A stretch of DNA of 64,000 bases from Candidatus Levyibacteriota bacterium (GTDB taxonomy: Bacteria > Patescibacteriota > Microgenomatia > Levybacterales > UBA12049): the NCBI GenBank assembly GCA_963722305.1, contig CAVRKE010000001.1, positions 245,549 to 309,548 on the forward strand, given 5' to 3'. The notes below the pieces were generated by a model that worked only from the letters and a program-made list of their open reading frames with translations, was not told where the DNA came from and did not search any database. The position numbers and the translations under genes are program-made. Below are positions 37,892-47,968 of this stretch, piece by piece. The first letter of the stretch is position 1. Each line of letters starts with the position of its first letter.

Positions 37892-38727
37892 TGCGCGCTT
37901 GAAGAAGCCGGTGGATTACTTGTTTTTAAACCTTTTAAACCATCTCTGATTTGTAAAGCGTCTTGATAAGCCGCTTTTAGATCCGTAACTGCAGTTTTTA
38001 ATTTTAATCTGGCATCGCTAAGAGTAGCTTTATTCCCCGGATAGCCTTGTGCCGTTAAGGGCGTCAATTCTGTTTGGGCGGCGGTAATTTGCGTATTAGC
38101 ATCCGTTAGTTTTGCGTTCATGTCCGAAAGAGTAGTATTGAGGGTTGTCACATCATTTCCGTCGGCTTGAGCCTGATTAATCCTGGTTTGTAATTTAGTG
38201 TAAATCAAATTCAAGCTATCCGTTGTCGTAGAGGCTTTGTCCGCTGCAACCAGCAGATTTACCTGGACCCGGAAAAATAGAAAAATATAATAATTGCCAA
38301 CTATCGACTTCACATCCGCTCTTAAGGTCGTATTATCCGTATCGGCTTTAATTTTTGCTTCCAAAGCGTTCAGGCTGTCAATCTGAGTCTGAATTTGTCC
38401 CTGAAGGTCTGTTTTTTCGGCAGATGATAATTTTTTGAGACCATTAATTTTGGTGATAAGCTCGTTTAAGAAGCTTAGCCTTCTGGTAATTTCCGTTTGT
38501 GCCCTTTGTTGCAAATTTTGTGTAATATTAGCCTGCGTCTGTGTGATCATCGCTTCCCTTGAAGCAACACGGTTTTCTCTCTGAACCAAGTTTGTTCCTG
38601 TGCTCAAAGAACTGTCAAGAGCATAAACCGTACCGGTCGAAAGCATTATTCCTAAAAATACTAATAAAATTATTTTTTTCATATTATTGTAAATTGGTTT
38701 GCTGGTCGTTAAAACTTTGGTCAACAT
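37888..38727 (-). CDS. secreted coiled-coil protein
   Basis: Signal peptide; Q/T/A-rich heptad-like sequence. Confidence 0.5.
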   Translation of the reverse strand: MLTKVLTTSKPIYNNMKKIILLVFLGIMLSTGTVYALDSSLSTGTNLVQRENRVASREAMITQTQANITQNLQQRAQTEITRRLSFLNELITKINGLKKLSSAEKTDLQGQIQTQIDSLNALEAKIKADTDNTTLRADVKSIVGNYYIFLFFRVQVNLLVAADKASTTTDSLNLIYTKLQTRINQAQADGNDVTTLNTTLSDMNAKLTDANTQITAAQTELTPLTAQGYPGNKATLSDARLKLKTAVTDLKAAYQDALQIRDGLKGLKTSNPPASSSAH

Positions 38728-39136
38728 TATTTAGGTCTGTATCCAGACTGTTTAAGCTTTGGCTGCTCACCTGCGTATCTTGATCAATGGCATTGTCACT
38801 GGTATCTTTAGGATTTATTTGGTAAACCGAAGGCGTTGGGGTGGCAATTGGTTTTACCTTAACAGTTGGCTGGGGATAAACTTGGGCCGTATTGGTATTC
38901 TTTTTGGCGTTACCCATCAGCAACATATAACCAGTGACCAACAAAATAATAATAATTAGGACCGCCAAAATAAACATTATCATATTTCTTCCCATGTTTG
39001 ATTTTGGCTTTGATGGCAAAACTGTTGGCAGAGGATTGCTAACCGGCGGCATCACCGGAACCGTTGGGTTAGTCGGTGTAACCGGAGCAACAGGGGCAAC
39101 TGGTTGAACAGGGGTAGCAGTTGGAATATTTTCCAT
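38684..39136 (-). CDS. proline/threonine-rich membrane protein
   Basis: PVAPVAPVTPTNPTVPV repeats plus one TM. Confidence 0.45.
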   Translation of the reverse strand: MENIPTATPVQPVAPVAPVTPTNPTVPVMPPVSNPLPTVLPSKPKSNMGRNMIMFILAVLIIIILLVTGYMLLMGNAKKNTNTAQVYPQPTVKVKPIATPTPSVYQINPKDTSDNAIDQDTQVSSQSLNSLDTDLNNVDQSFNDQQTNLQ

Positions 39137-39495
39137 ATTAAAATTTTACTCTTTGCAAAAAGTTTTTGTCAAGGAATAAAATTACTATATTTGCTATCAG
39201 GAAATGATAAATGGTTATTTTGTGCGGACGTGAAGTACAATTCATCCCAGATTATCCTCAGAAAATGTGCAGCATCTGGGATGACGTTCGTACCTACCTA
39301 ATTTTAGATATTGATCCGAAAGAGAAAGCTTTTTTAATGGCAACTTTCGCTCATTTCAAAAAGAAAGAAGAGGTACATTCATGAATTGGTACAAAAAACC
39401 CCAAATAACGCACGAACCTCTTTCAGAATCTAACTCCAATAAAAAAGTGTATAGATTTGTAATTTATTAAAATTTGTTTTAGACTAAACTAAGAG

Positions 39496-39524
39496 TTGAC
39501 AAGATTAGTTAAATACGATATAAT
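39496..39524 (+). promoter_or_regulatory. consensus sigma70-type promoter TTGACA-17 bp-TATAAT upstream of the AbiE operon
   Basis: TTGACA at 39496..39501, TATAAT at 39519..39524, 17-bp spacer. Confidence 0.6.
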
Positions 39525-39566
39525 CTCTACTAGATGTTACAATAATTGTAACTTCTGGTAGTAAAT

Positions 39567-40151
39567 ATGAATAATGATATAATTCTTAAAATACACAGTT
39601 TGCCTCAAAGCGTGTTTTCGCTTGGCGAGTTGTCTTTACTCTTTCCTGATATTGAATACCCAAATTTAAGACGAAGAATGCGTTATTTTACAAAAGTAGG
39701 AAAGCTTAAAAGATTACATCAAGGTATATATGCAAAAATAGAATACAACCCTTTAGAACTTGCCAATAAGCTATATAAACCATCGTATATTAGTTTAGAA
39801 ACAGTATTGGCAAAAAAAGGCGTTGTTTTTCAATATTATGAGAGAATATTTGCAGTTTCTTATTTAACCCGGGAAATAAAGATAAATGATCTTACTGTGC
39901 AATACCGCCAAATAAAGGCAGACGTATTAACCAATATGGAGGGAATAGAAAGTGAAAACGGGTATTTTATAGCATCCCTTGAAAGAGCTTTCTTAGATGC
40001 TTTATATATCTATAAAGATTATCATTTTGACAACTTAGGAGCTTTGAACTGGGAAAATGTATTTAATTTGCAAGCAATCTACAAAAGCAGTGCTTTGAAT
40101 AAGAGAGTTAAAGATTATTATAAGGATTACAAAAAAGACAATGTTAAATAA
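39567..40151 (+). CDS. AbiEi-family antitoxin/transcriptional regulator (type IV TA)
   Basis: Size and position immediately upstream of, and overlapping, an AbiEii-like gene; N-terminal winged-helix-like region. Confidence 0.6.
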   Translation: MNNDIILKIHSLPQSVFSLGELSLLFPDIEYPNLRRRMRYFTKVGKLKRLHQGIYAKIEYNPLELANKLYKPSYISLETVLAKKGVVFQYYERIFAVSYLTREIKINDLTVQYRQIKADVLTNMEGIESENGYFIASLERAFLDALYIYKDYHFDNLGALNWENVFNLQAIYKSSALNKRVKDYYKDYKKDNVK

Positions 40152-40839
40152 AGATATACATAAAAACTTTCTCATCAATACGCTTAACAGTATCTATAAA
40201 GATACTCAAATTCGCACGTTTTTAGGATTTAAAGGCGGAACAGCGGCTTTATTGTTCTATGATCTTCCCCGTTTTTCCGTAGATCTTGATTTTGATCTTT
40301 TGGACCCAAGTAAAAAAGAGCTAGTCTTTCAAAGACTTAAGGAAATATTGTCTAAAGTAGGAAAAATTGATCAAGCTCATGAGAAACAAAATACTCTCTT
40401 TTTATTAATTAATTATCAAAGTCAGGAGAGAAATATAAAAGTAGAGATATCAAAAAGAGCGATAAAATCAGAATACGAAGTTAAAAACTATCTAGGTATT
40501 CCGATGCTTGTAATGAAAAAAGATGATATGGCGGCTTCAAAGCTTGCGGCTCTTGTTGAGAGAAAAAAATTTGCTGCAAGGGATATGTTTGATTTATGGT
40601 TTTTCTTAGTAAATAATTGGCCGATTGATGAAGAGCTTCTTCAAGAAATTACTGGATTTTCTCTTTACGACATGCTTAATAAAGCGCAGGAGCGAATTAA
40701 AGATATTAAAAAAACTGAACTTTTGGCAGGATTGGGAGATTTACTGGACAATAAACAAAAAGCATTCGTAAAAGAAAAACTTCAAGCAGAACTTTTATTT
40801 CAGCTGAGACTTTATTTATCGAATATACCTCAAAAATAA
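40141..40839 (+). CDS. AbiEii/AbiGii-family nucleotidyltransferase toxin (DUF1814)
   Basis: FLGFKGGTAALLFYDLPRFSVDLDFDL matches the DUF1814 GGTAL...R.S.DlDf motif. Confidence 0.75.
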   Translation: MLNKDIHKNFLINTLNSIYKDTQIRTFLGFKGGTAALLFYDLPRFSVDLDFDLLDPSKKELVFQRLKEILSKVGKIDQAHEKQNTLFLLINYQSQERNIKVEISKRAIKSEYEVKNYLGIPMLVMKKDDMAASKLAALVERKKFAARDMFDLWFFLVNNWPIDEELLQEITGFSLYDMLNKAQERIKDIKKTELLAGLGDLLDNKQKAFVKEKLQAELLFQLRLYLSNIPQK

Positions 40840-41052
40840 GAGAAACTCTTTAAATATCTCCCGATGATAATCCTATTATTTCCTGTTTAGGCATATTTAG
40901 AAAGTTTGGGTTCGAGCGAGGTTCGACTCTTGCATTGGTAAATAAAATTAGCCTCGAGATTTTAAAAGATTTTATTTTAGCTCGTACTTAAGTTTCCTTA
41001 ATTTAGATTGGTATAACAATCTAAACGTTAGTCGTAGTAAAATGTCCTCTAT

Positions 41053-41139
41053 TGGTGCGGATGAGAGGACTCGAACCTCCACGCTTTTTAGGGCACAGCC
41101 ACCTCAAGGCTGCGTGTATGCCAGTTTCACCACATCCGC
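41053..41139 (-). tRNA. tRNA-Leu(GAG), type II, CCA encoded
   Basis: Reverse complement folds: acceptor GCGGAUG/CAUCCGC, anticodon stem CAGCC/GGCUG with loop UUGAGGU, long variable arm, T-arm GGAGG-UUCGAGU-CCUCU, ACCA. Confidence 0.85.
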
Positions 41140-41329
41140 TCGTCGCGAAGCGACGAGCGTCTCCGCTTTGACACAGTCAAAGCTTAAACCTTTCGTCGAT
41201 CGCTCCTCTTTCAAATTTCTTCGAAATTTGAGAAATAACTTTAATGTGCTTAAAGATTATAACAAAAATCCAATTTCTATTTTCTCTATTTCTAATTATG
41301 AATTTTGAATTCTATATTATTAATTTCCG

Positions 41330-41416
41330 TGGTGCCCGGGGGGGGATTCGAACCCCCAATCCCTTACGGGAATAGCGTCCTGAACGCTACGCGTCTGCCA
41401 GTTTCGCCACCTGGGC
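41330..41416 (-). tRNA. tRNA-Leu(CAG), type II, CCA encoded
   Basis: Reverse complement folds: acceptor GCCCAGG/CCCGGGC (one A-C), anticodon stem UAGCG/CGCUA with loop UUCAGGA, T-arm GGGGG-UUCGAAU-CCCCC. Confidence 0.8.
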
Positions 41417-41529
41417 TTAATTACTATTATATCATTCCGGTTTTAAAAAAGAACCCGTTCTTGCATTAAAATACAATTAAAATAAAATGGTTCTTCCCAA
41501 GCGTGATATAATAGAGCAGTAAATATTTT

Positions 41530-42312
41530 TTGAATATGGATATCCTAACCACAATAATAATATTTGTAATCGCTATACTGATAGTTTTGTTTTTCCTAAG
41601 CGTCAGAATTGTTCAGGAATATGACCGGGGAGTAATTTTCCGCCTCGGAAGATACACCGGCGTCCGCGGTCCAGGATTGATTCTCTTAATTCCGTTAATT
41701 GAAACGATGACTAAAGTAACCCTTAGAACTATTACCATGGCCATTCCTTCACAAAAGATAATCACCAAAGACAATGTTTCGATTGATATCGCCGCCGTTG
41801 CCTACTATCACATTATTGACCCGAAAAAATCCGTGATTGCGGTCGAAAACGTTTACCAAGCGGTCAACCAAATCAGCCAGACGACTGTTCGAAACGTCGT
41901 CGGTCAATTCGTTTTGGACCAGCTTTTATCAAAAACTGCCGACATTAATACTAAAATCAAAAACGTTATTGATGCCCACACCGAACCTTGGGGAGTAAAA
42001 GTTACAGCCGTCGAAATAAAAGACATTATTCTTCCCGATAATATGCAACGGGCAATGGCTAAAGAAGCCGAAGCGGAAAGAGAAAGAAGAGCCAAAATCG
42101 TCGCAGCCGAAGGAGAATTTCAGGCCGCACAAAAACTCGGCCAGGCGGCGGAATTAATTGCCAAACATCCGGTGGCACTGCAATTAAGAACTTTGCAGAC
42201 CATGGCGGAAATTGCCACCGAAAAAAATTCGACCATTATTTTCCCGGCACAGTTTATGACCACGGTTCAGGAAGCCATAAAAACCATCGGTAAAGATTTA
42301 GTAAACAAATAA
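41530..42312 (+). CDS. SPFH/band-7 (stomatin-like) membrane protein
   Basis: N-terminal TM and PHB-domain pattern, with a C-terminal coiled coil. Confidence 0.85.
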   Translation: MNMDILTTIIIFVIAILIVLFFLSVRIVQEYDRGVIFRLGRYTGVRGPGLILLIPLIETMTKVTLRTITMAIPSQKIITKDNVSIDIAAVAYYHIIDPKKSVIAVENVYQAVNQISQTTVRNVVGQFVLDQLLSKTADINTKIKNVIDAHTEPWGVKVTAVEIKDIILPDNMQRAMAKEAEAERERRAKIVAAEGEFQAAQKLGQAAELIAKHPVALQLRTLQTMAEIATEKNSTIIFPAQFMTTVQEAIKTIGKDLVNK

Positions 42313-42466
42313 CGCTATTTTTAACACCATCAGTCGGCCGATAAAAAAATTTCTGCTTTTCTTCAAATTTTATATTCTTTAAGCGGTTTGTTAAAACGAA
42401 CAAATAGTTTGACATTGAATTAACCACTGACGTATTATTTAACTATAGGAACTAATATCAATTATA

Positions 42467-43312
42467 ATGTTTTCTTTTCTTAAAACACGCAGGGGGTTAT
42501 TAATTGTTGGCTTATTGGTAGTTGTTTTAATCGGTCTTCCTGTAACGATTTATTTGGTTGGAAATCCACAACTGCTTCAGCAATTTGCGTGTGTTCCCGA
42601 ACCTAAGGCAACAACTGCTTGTAGCGGCTCCGACGTTATTATTTCGTTTACGTATACAATTTCCGACCTTCCGACAAATGTTAATTCCCAAGTTTCCGTA
42701 ACGGATTCGCAAAACCTAGTGACAGACAGTTTTGCATTCAACTATGGAGCGCCGACATATTCAAAAACAGTCGATACCCACCAATCCGTTATACAAGCTG
42801 GAATTTTAACATTCAATACCGTATCAACTAATGGCTTCAAAAAAACAAATCAGATAGGATACCCTGCGACAGGTCCGTGTGCCGCACCTACCGGTACACC
42901 GACTCCAACTCCTACAGAGGAAGTAACGCTCACTCCTACCCCAACGCTTACTCCTGTTCCGACCTCACCGCCTGCGGCAACGGATACACCGACTCCAACT
43001 CCTACAGAGGAAGTAATTACTACCGATACTCCTACGCCTACATCTGGGCCAACTTCACCGCCTGCGGTAACGGATACACCGACTCCAACTCCCACGGGAG
43101 AAGCAACAACTACGGCGACCCCTACACCGACGTCCGGACCCGGACCAACTTCAACACCTGGGCCAACAGCGACTCCCAATCCTCAACCAACAGTTATCGT
43201 GCAAGGACCAACTGTTGCACCGACCGGACCATCCGGAAATATTATATTTAATGTAGGGATTATGGGAATTATAATTACTGTTATCGGAGGATTACTGCTA
43301 CTTAGTCTGTAA
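42467..43312 (+). CDS. cell-surface protein with Pro/Thr-rich tandem repeats and a C-terminal TM anchor
   Basis: Signal peptide; three imperfect ~90-bp DNA tandem repeats at 42890..43130 encoding TDTPTPTPTEEV...TSPPA; C-terminal hydrophobic helix. Confidence 0.6.
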   Translation: MFSFLKTRRGLLIVGLLVVVLIGLPVTIYLVGNPQLLQQFACVPEPKATTACSGSDVIISFTYTISDLPTNVNSQVSVTDSQNLVTDSFAFNYGAPTYSKTVDTHQSVIQAGILTFNTVSTNGFKKTNQIGYPATGPCAAPTGTPTPTPTEEVTLTPTPTLTPVPTSPPAATDTPTPTPTEEVITTDTPTPTSGPTSPPAVTDTPTPTPTGEATTTATPTPTSGPGPTSTPGPTATPNPQPTVIVQGPTVAPTGPSGNIIFNVGIMGIIITVIGGLLLLSL

Positions 43313-43446
43313 TATTACTTAAATAATTTTCTGACTCCAGTTTGATTACGAAACCAAATTCATTTATAATTTGAGGTGGAATTTGAGGCAAGTAGCCCGA
43401 AGGTGCCCGCAAGAGTGTCAGCGGTATAACGTTGTACGCCACGCTT

Positions 43447-43518
43447 GGATCCTTAGCTCAGCGGTAGAGCGCTGCGTTTACATCGCAGATGTCGCAGGTT
43501 CAAATCCTGCAGGATCCA
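43447..43518 (+). tRNA. tRNA-Val(UAC)
   Basis: Acceptor GGAUCCU/AGGAUCC, anticodon stem CUGCG/CGCAG with loop UUUACAU, T-arm GCAGG-UUCAAAU-CCUGC. Confidence 0.85.
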
Positions 43519-43646
43519 CAAGGACGTTGGCGCATCGCAAGCGGGTTTCGCAGAACGACGCACGCGAAAGGGTGACTCTGGGGTCCGCATGAAAGCAACT
43601 CGAATTAAAATTACCAAACCGACTACTTGTAAACCCATCCGAAAAT

Positions 43647-45614
43647 CTAAGAATAAAATAAGTAAAAATTTGTAAAAAAAGTTATAAAAATTAACGCCTT
43701 TAACCAAAAAGAGAAAGATTTTCTAACTGCGAAGAGCAAAATCACAAAAAGAAAAGGATAAAAATCCAGAGCATATCTATAACCATATTGGAAGTAGCCT
43801 ATTCCATAATATCCCATAACCGCAATAAAAATTAGAAAAGCTGTTATTGCCGAAAAGATTACAAATTTATTTTTGGGATTTGCCTTAAAAATTGCCAAAA
43901 ACATGGGGGACGTAATAAAGATACTCATACCCCATGGGTTGTAATGAAGATATGGAAACACAAGCAGCTGGGAGCCATGCGCAAGAATAGGGTCTGGACC
44001 TCGCAGGAATAAATAAAACAAGTTAGCAGGGAAATGGACAAGGCTCCAAAGGCCTGCAGAGCGATTTGCATAAAGCTCGGGGATACCAAGCTTTTGAAAC
44101 GAATATCCCTGCTCAAAAAACCGGCCAAACCGCAAAAAATTATAAACTCCAAGAGATAATAAGGAAAAAACCACCGGAATTAAAAAATAAATAGCATTCT
44201 TGATTTTTTTTATAATTAGCGTATTGTCCCACAAAATAATAGAAAGAAAGAAAATACTGGCTAACACCATATCTAAACGAGTAGCTATTGCGCAGGCTAC
44301 AAAACAACCAATAACTGCTGGGTGCCATTTTCTAAAAACTCCCAAAATGGCAAGAAATATCAATAGGTTTTGAACAAGCTGGGCAAACTGCCATGAATAA
44401 GGAGATAGCGCTACTCCAATAAAAGCCGTTGAAAATACATAGCCAGTACTAGCCCAAAAAGAACTCATTTTATTTCTGGTTATGTTTAAGCCAAGTAAAA
44501 AAGTTAGAATGAAAATTACTCCAACAACTATTGGACATAAATTCCCCTCTGTAAATTGATTGCCTACAACAACTACAAAAAGCATAACTATAAAAGCGGG
44601 GAAGGGACCAAGCGGCCAATAATAATGTCCGTTAAAAAATGCTGTGTCTTTATATAATTGTGCATTTTGCAGAAAATAGAGTTTTCCGTGCAAAAAAGAA
44701 TTTGCAAGAGAGGAAAACTGCATAATATTGGCCTGCATAAGTAATTTGTTTATATATACATTGTCTAAAAATAATATATTTACGGATATGAAAGCAAAGC
44801 CCAAAAAAACCAGCCCACATAGCAATAAAGCTTCTCTGTTAATCTTTCCGTGGAAAGCATTCCTCTTGAGTCCAAATTTTTGAGAAATAGTAAGCGCTAT
44901 CACTCCAAGACCATACCGTAGACTTCTTGCCAGATTTATGCTTGAGGCCTCTTTAAAATATGCGGTTTTTACAGGAACCTCCATAAATTTTGCCTTCTTA
45001 TTGATACACTCTATAAGCATTTGATTATCAAACAGATAATCATCGGAAAACTTATTAAAATTTACTTTTTTAAGCATTTTTCTGTTGTACGCCCTGTAAC
45101 CGGTATGGTATTCCGAAAAATGCATATTAAGCATCTTATTCTGGAAAAAAGTAAGACACTTATTGGCAACAAACTTATAAAAAGGCATTCCACCTTCAAG
45201 CGCGCCACCATAATGTGGATTTCCCAAAATTCTTGAAGCCAAAACAACGTCAGCATAGCCATATTCTATGGGAACAGTTAGGCTTGGGAGTATTGCCGGG
45301 TCATACTGATAATCTGGATGAAGCATTACAACTATGTCAGCGCCCCTTTTTAGAGCTTCCATATAACAGGTTTTTTGATTTGCGCCATAACCCTTATTCT
45401 CCTGATGAACAAAATATTTTATTCCAAGCTTTTCGGCTATCTTTATAGTTCCATCTGTAGAACCGTCATCCACTAGAATTATTTCATCATAGGACCCTTT
45501 AGGAATTTTTTTGTATGTTTTCCTCAGAGTTTTGGAAGCATTGTAGGAGGGGAGCACTACAATTATTTTTTTCCTCTTTTTCATAAATAGAGGGCAGAAG
45601 ATAAATATTAACAA
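43647..45614 (-). CDS. family 2 glycosyltransferase fused to a C-terminal polytopic membrane domain
   Basis: GT2 N-terminus (VLPSYNAS...ILVDDGSTDGT with a DxD region) followed by about 10 TM helices. Confidence 0.75.
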   Translation of the reverse strand: MLIFIFCPLFMKKRKKIIVVLPSYNASKTLRKTYKKIPKGSYDEIILVDDGSTDGTIKIAEKLGIKYFVHQENKGYGANQKTCYMEALKRGADIVVMLHPDYQYDPAILPSLTVPIEYGYADVVLASRILGNPHYGGALEGGMPFYKFVANKCLTFFQNKMLNMHFSEYHTGYRAYNRKMLKKVNFNKFSDDYLFDNQMLIECINKKAKFMEVPVKTAYFKEASSINLARSLRYGLGVIALTISQKFGLKRNAFHGKINREALLLCGLVFLGFAFISVNILFLDNVYINKLLMQANIMQFSSLANSFLHGKLYFLQNAQLYKDTAFFNGHYYWPLGPFPAFIVMLFVVVVGNQFTEGNLCPIVVGVIFILTFLLGLNITRNKMSSFWASTGYVFSTAFIGVALSPYSWQFAQLVQNLLIFLAILGVFRKWHPAVIGCFVACAIATRLDMVLASIFFLSIILWDNTLIIKKIKNAIYFLIPVVFSLLSLGVYNFLRFGRFFEQGYSFQKLGIPELYANRSAGLWSLVHFPANLFYLFLRGPDPILAHGSQLLVFPYLHYNPWGMSIFITSPMFLAIFKANPKNKFVIFSAITAFLIFIAVMGYYGIGYFQYGYRYALDFYPFLFVILLFAVRKSFSFWLKALIFITFFTNFYLFYS

Positions 45615-45695
45615 AAGTTTATCAGGAAGTTTATTTTAAAACAATAGGGTTTATCGCTTTATTTTCAGCGTGTTTTTTGCTATCATTACTCTTGT

Positions 45696-45778
45696 GCTGA
45701 GGTAGCTCGAAGATGTGGTCAAGGCATACTTTTCTGAAGGAAAAGTACTAATGCCTGTTCGACTCAGTCGAACACGCC
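45696..45778 (+). pseudogene. tRNA-Phe-like degenerate copy: same 5' acceptor and anticodon loop CUGAAGG, no matching 3' acceptor; ends in a perfect GTTCGAC-TCA-GTCGAAC hairpin
   Basis: Aligned to the downstream tRNA-Phe: GCUGAGGUAGC... and anticodon stem-loop UACUUUU-CUGAAGG-AAAAGUA. Confidence 0.35.
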
Positions 45779-45801
45779 ACTTTGAAAAGATATGTAGCTC
45801 T

Positions 45802-45874
45802 GCTGAGATAGCCAAGGTGGTCAAGGCACCTGTCTGAAGAACAGGCTATGCGTGTTCGACTCACGCTCTCAGCA
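45802..45874 (+). tRNA. tRNA-Phe(GAA)
   Basis: Acceptor GCUGAGA/UCUCAGC, anticodon stem CCUGU/ACAGG with loop CUGAAGA, T-arm GCGUG-UUCGACU-CACGC, discriminator A. Confidence 0.75.
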
Positions 45875-45923
45875 CTAGACGGTTTTTTAGCTTCGCGAAA
45901 ATTTACCACATTGAACCAAGATT

Positions 45924-46643
45924 CTAAAGATTAAATATGCTATTTTTAAACGTGGGAAGCTGTCGAACTTGTGATTTAACGGTAATGGATTCAATAGCTG
46001 AAAAAGGAATTAAATAATCGTGTCTAGAAGCACGGCCAATATACCCATAGTCTCCGATTGGCGCTTTAAACCATTTGGTTAGTTCTAAATAAAGCTGTCC
46101 TTTCTCTGCCCCAATCTCTTCGCCCATGTAAATAGTTCCCATCTGTCCGCTAATTTGTAATAATTTAGTAGGGAAGCGATCTACCTGATCGGAAAAAAAT
46201 CCGCGCACGCTATCTACAAACCCTACTCTTCTTCTAGCATTTCTTGGATCCACATAATTAAACTCACTTTCAATTGCCGGTTGATAAAGAGCTGTGGAGC
46301 CTAGCATAAGGTTTACCACCATAGCTAAAGCACTATCTGCATTTTCCAATCGAGTTTTTCTTTCCAATAGAGCTGCTCTCGTCCGCAGAACAGTTTCCGA
46401 ACTAAGTCGCCCGGCTCTCAAATCTGTTACAACTTTGGCTATATCACTTGCAAAACTTGTAGGTGTACCACCTTCCGACTCCAATACTCCTCTGAGCATT
46501 TCCTGAGCAGGATGCCCTTGGTTTAAAGGAGCTTGAGGGACTTCTGGGGGACGCACGACATGCCCATGAGCTATTCTGCTAACAGCTTCTCTTATTCCTT
46601 TTCCGAAACTTCCTTGTTCTGCCATGTTGGAATTATAGCGCAA
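45924..46643 (-). CDS. hypothetical protein; GC visibly above the flanks
   Basis: 239-aa ORF, no recognised motif; probable start MAEQGSF. Confidence 0.45.
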   Translation of the reverse strand: MRYNSNMAEQGSFGKGIREAVSRIAHGHVVRPPEVPQAPLNQGHPAQEMLRGVLESEGGTPTSFASDIAKVVTDLRAGRLSSETVLRTRAALLERKTRLENADSALAMVVNLMLGSTALYQPAIESEFNYVDPRNARRRVGFVDSVRGFFSDQVDRFPTKLLQISGQMGTIYMGEEIGAEKGQLYLELTKWFKAPIGDYGYIGRASRHDYLIPFSAIESITVKSQVRQLPTFKNSIFNL

Positions 46644-46804
46644 ATTATTGTTGTGTCAATACTATAGGAAACTTACGATATATTCTTATTATTTTCTGCC
46701 CGAAAACTATATCACCTACTTTTCTTCAAAAGTTTGATATGAAAACATCAATTTGGCAAAATGTACGAGAAGCGGTTCAAAATAAATAAGAGCTTCCGCA
46801 CAAA

Positions 46805-47167
46805 CTATTTTTCGGGGATGAATTTGATCGATAGGGAATTGACGCAGTGCCGCACATTTTTGGCCGTGAACCCTTCTCCTAGGAACACATGACCCAAATG
46901 ACCACCACACTTGGCACAAACTATTTCAGTTCTTACTCCGTCGGGGTCGGGAATTGTTTTGACCGAATCTTTTACGAAATCGTCAAAAGCCGGCCAGCCG
47001 CAGCCGGCGTCGAATTTGGCTTTTGAGGAATATAAAGGATTATTGCACTGCCGGCAAACATACATCCCCTTTTGGTAAAACTCATCGTATTCACCACTAA
47101 ACGGCGCTTCGGTTTGCTTTCCGATAATTACCGCTTGCTCTTCGTCTGTTAATTTATTCAGCTTCAT
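46805..47167 (-). CDS. msrB: peptide-methionine (R)-S-oxide reductase
   Basis: CxxC...RTEIVCAKCGGHLGHVF is the MsrB signature. Confidence 0.85.
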   Translation of the reverse strand: MKLNKLTDEEQAVIIGKQTEAPFSGEYDEFYQKGMYVCRQCNNPLYSSKAKFDAGCGWPAFDDFVKDSVKTIPDPDGVRTEIVCAKCGGHLGHVFLGEGFTAKNVRHCVNSLSIKFIPEK

Positions 47168-47704
47168 TTTTGTATTCTTCCTTCATATCTTTTCCATATT
47201 TTTGCAGTAATTTCTGAATTTTTGGGTTAATCACAAAAGTGCAATAGGAATCATCCTTATTTTTGTCGTAATAATCTTTGTGATAATGCTCTGCCGGATA
47301 GAAATTAGTGAAGGGAACTATTTCGGTAACGATTTTATCTTCGTAAACCTTTTCTTTCTCCAATGCGGTTTTTGAATCCTGGGCCATTTCTTTTTGTTTT
47401 GGGTTGTGATAAAAAATTGCCGAGCGGTATTGCGTTCCAACATCGTTTCCCTGACGGTTTAATGTTGTCGGGTTATGCGTGTGCCAAAAAACATCGAGAA
47501 TCTTTGCGTAAGGAATAATTTGCGGGTCAAATTCAATCTGAATTGCTTCGGCGTGACCTGTATCTCCCGAAAAGAATTGTTCGTAACTTGGGTTTTGAAC
47601 GCTACCACCGGAATAGCCTGATATTACCAACTGAACTCCCTTTAATCTTTTAAAATTGCCTCTGTACACCAGAAGCATCCTCCGGCCAATGTTGCAGTTT
47701 CCAT
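47154..47704 (-). CDS. msrA: peptide-methionine (S)-S-oxide reductase with an apparent 1-nt frameshift near 47647-47660 separating the GGCFWC active site from the rest
   Basis: Upstream frame METATLAGGCFWCTEA then stop; downstream frame FKRLKGVQLVISGYSGGSVQNPSYEQFFSGDTGHAEAIQIEFDP is the MsrA core. Confidence 0.8.
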
Positions 47705-47781
47705 AACCTATTATTATAAATGAATTTACTGAAATAATACTGTAAGCTAATTTACCGAATACTTTTTGAGGAAAAAAGATG

Positions 47782-47853
47782 AGCGGGCGATGGGGATCGA
47801 ACCCACTGCCTTCTCCTTGGCAAGGAGACGTTCTACCGGTGAACTACGCCCGC
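47782..47853 (-). tRNA. tRNA-Gly(GCC)
   Basis: Reverse complement folds: acceptor GCGGGCG/CGCCCGC, anticodon stem UCUCC/GGAGA with loop UUGCCAA, T-arm GUGGG-UUCGAUC-CCCAU. Confidence 0.85.
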
Positions 47854-47968
47854 GCAGAGGACAGTATAGCAAATTCAAACTCTTAGCTCAAGACTTTGAA
47901 ATTTGACTTTTTGGCAAAAAAGGTGCATAAACAAACTTAGATTTTTGGTTCGGAGGAGGTGATGGATT

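Noticed and set aside
40880-40950. GGTTCGAGCGAGGTTCGACTCTTGC as a tRNA fragment
   Set aside because: It contains T-loop-like GGTTCGA twice, but no consistent acceptor, D or anticodon arms could be folded on either strand.
41042-41308. 88-aa plus-strand ORF
   Set aside because: It overlaps tRNA-Leu(GAG) in antisense and the upstream hairpin; Ala/Arg/Ser-rich junk.
42850-43251. ORFs 42850..43179 (-) and 42877..43251 (+)
   Set aside because: Alternative-frame translations of the Pro/Thr tandem-repeat DNA inside the surface protein gene.
43371-43707. ORFs 43371..43592 (+) and 43453..43707 (-)
   Set aside because: They overlap tRNA-Val(UAC) and the GC-rich trailer.
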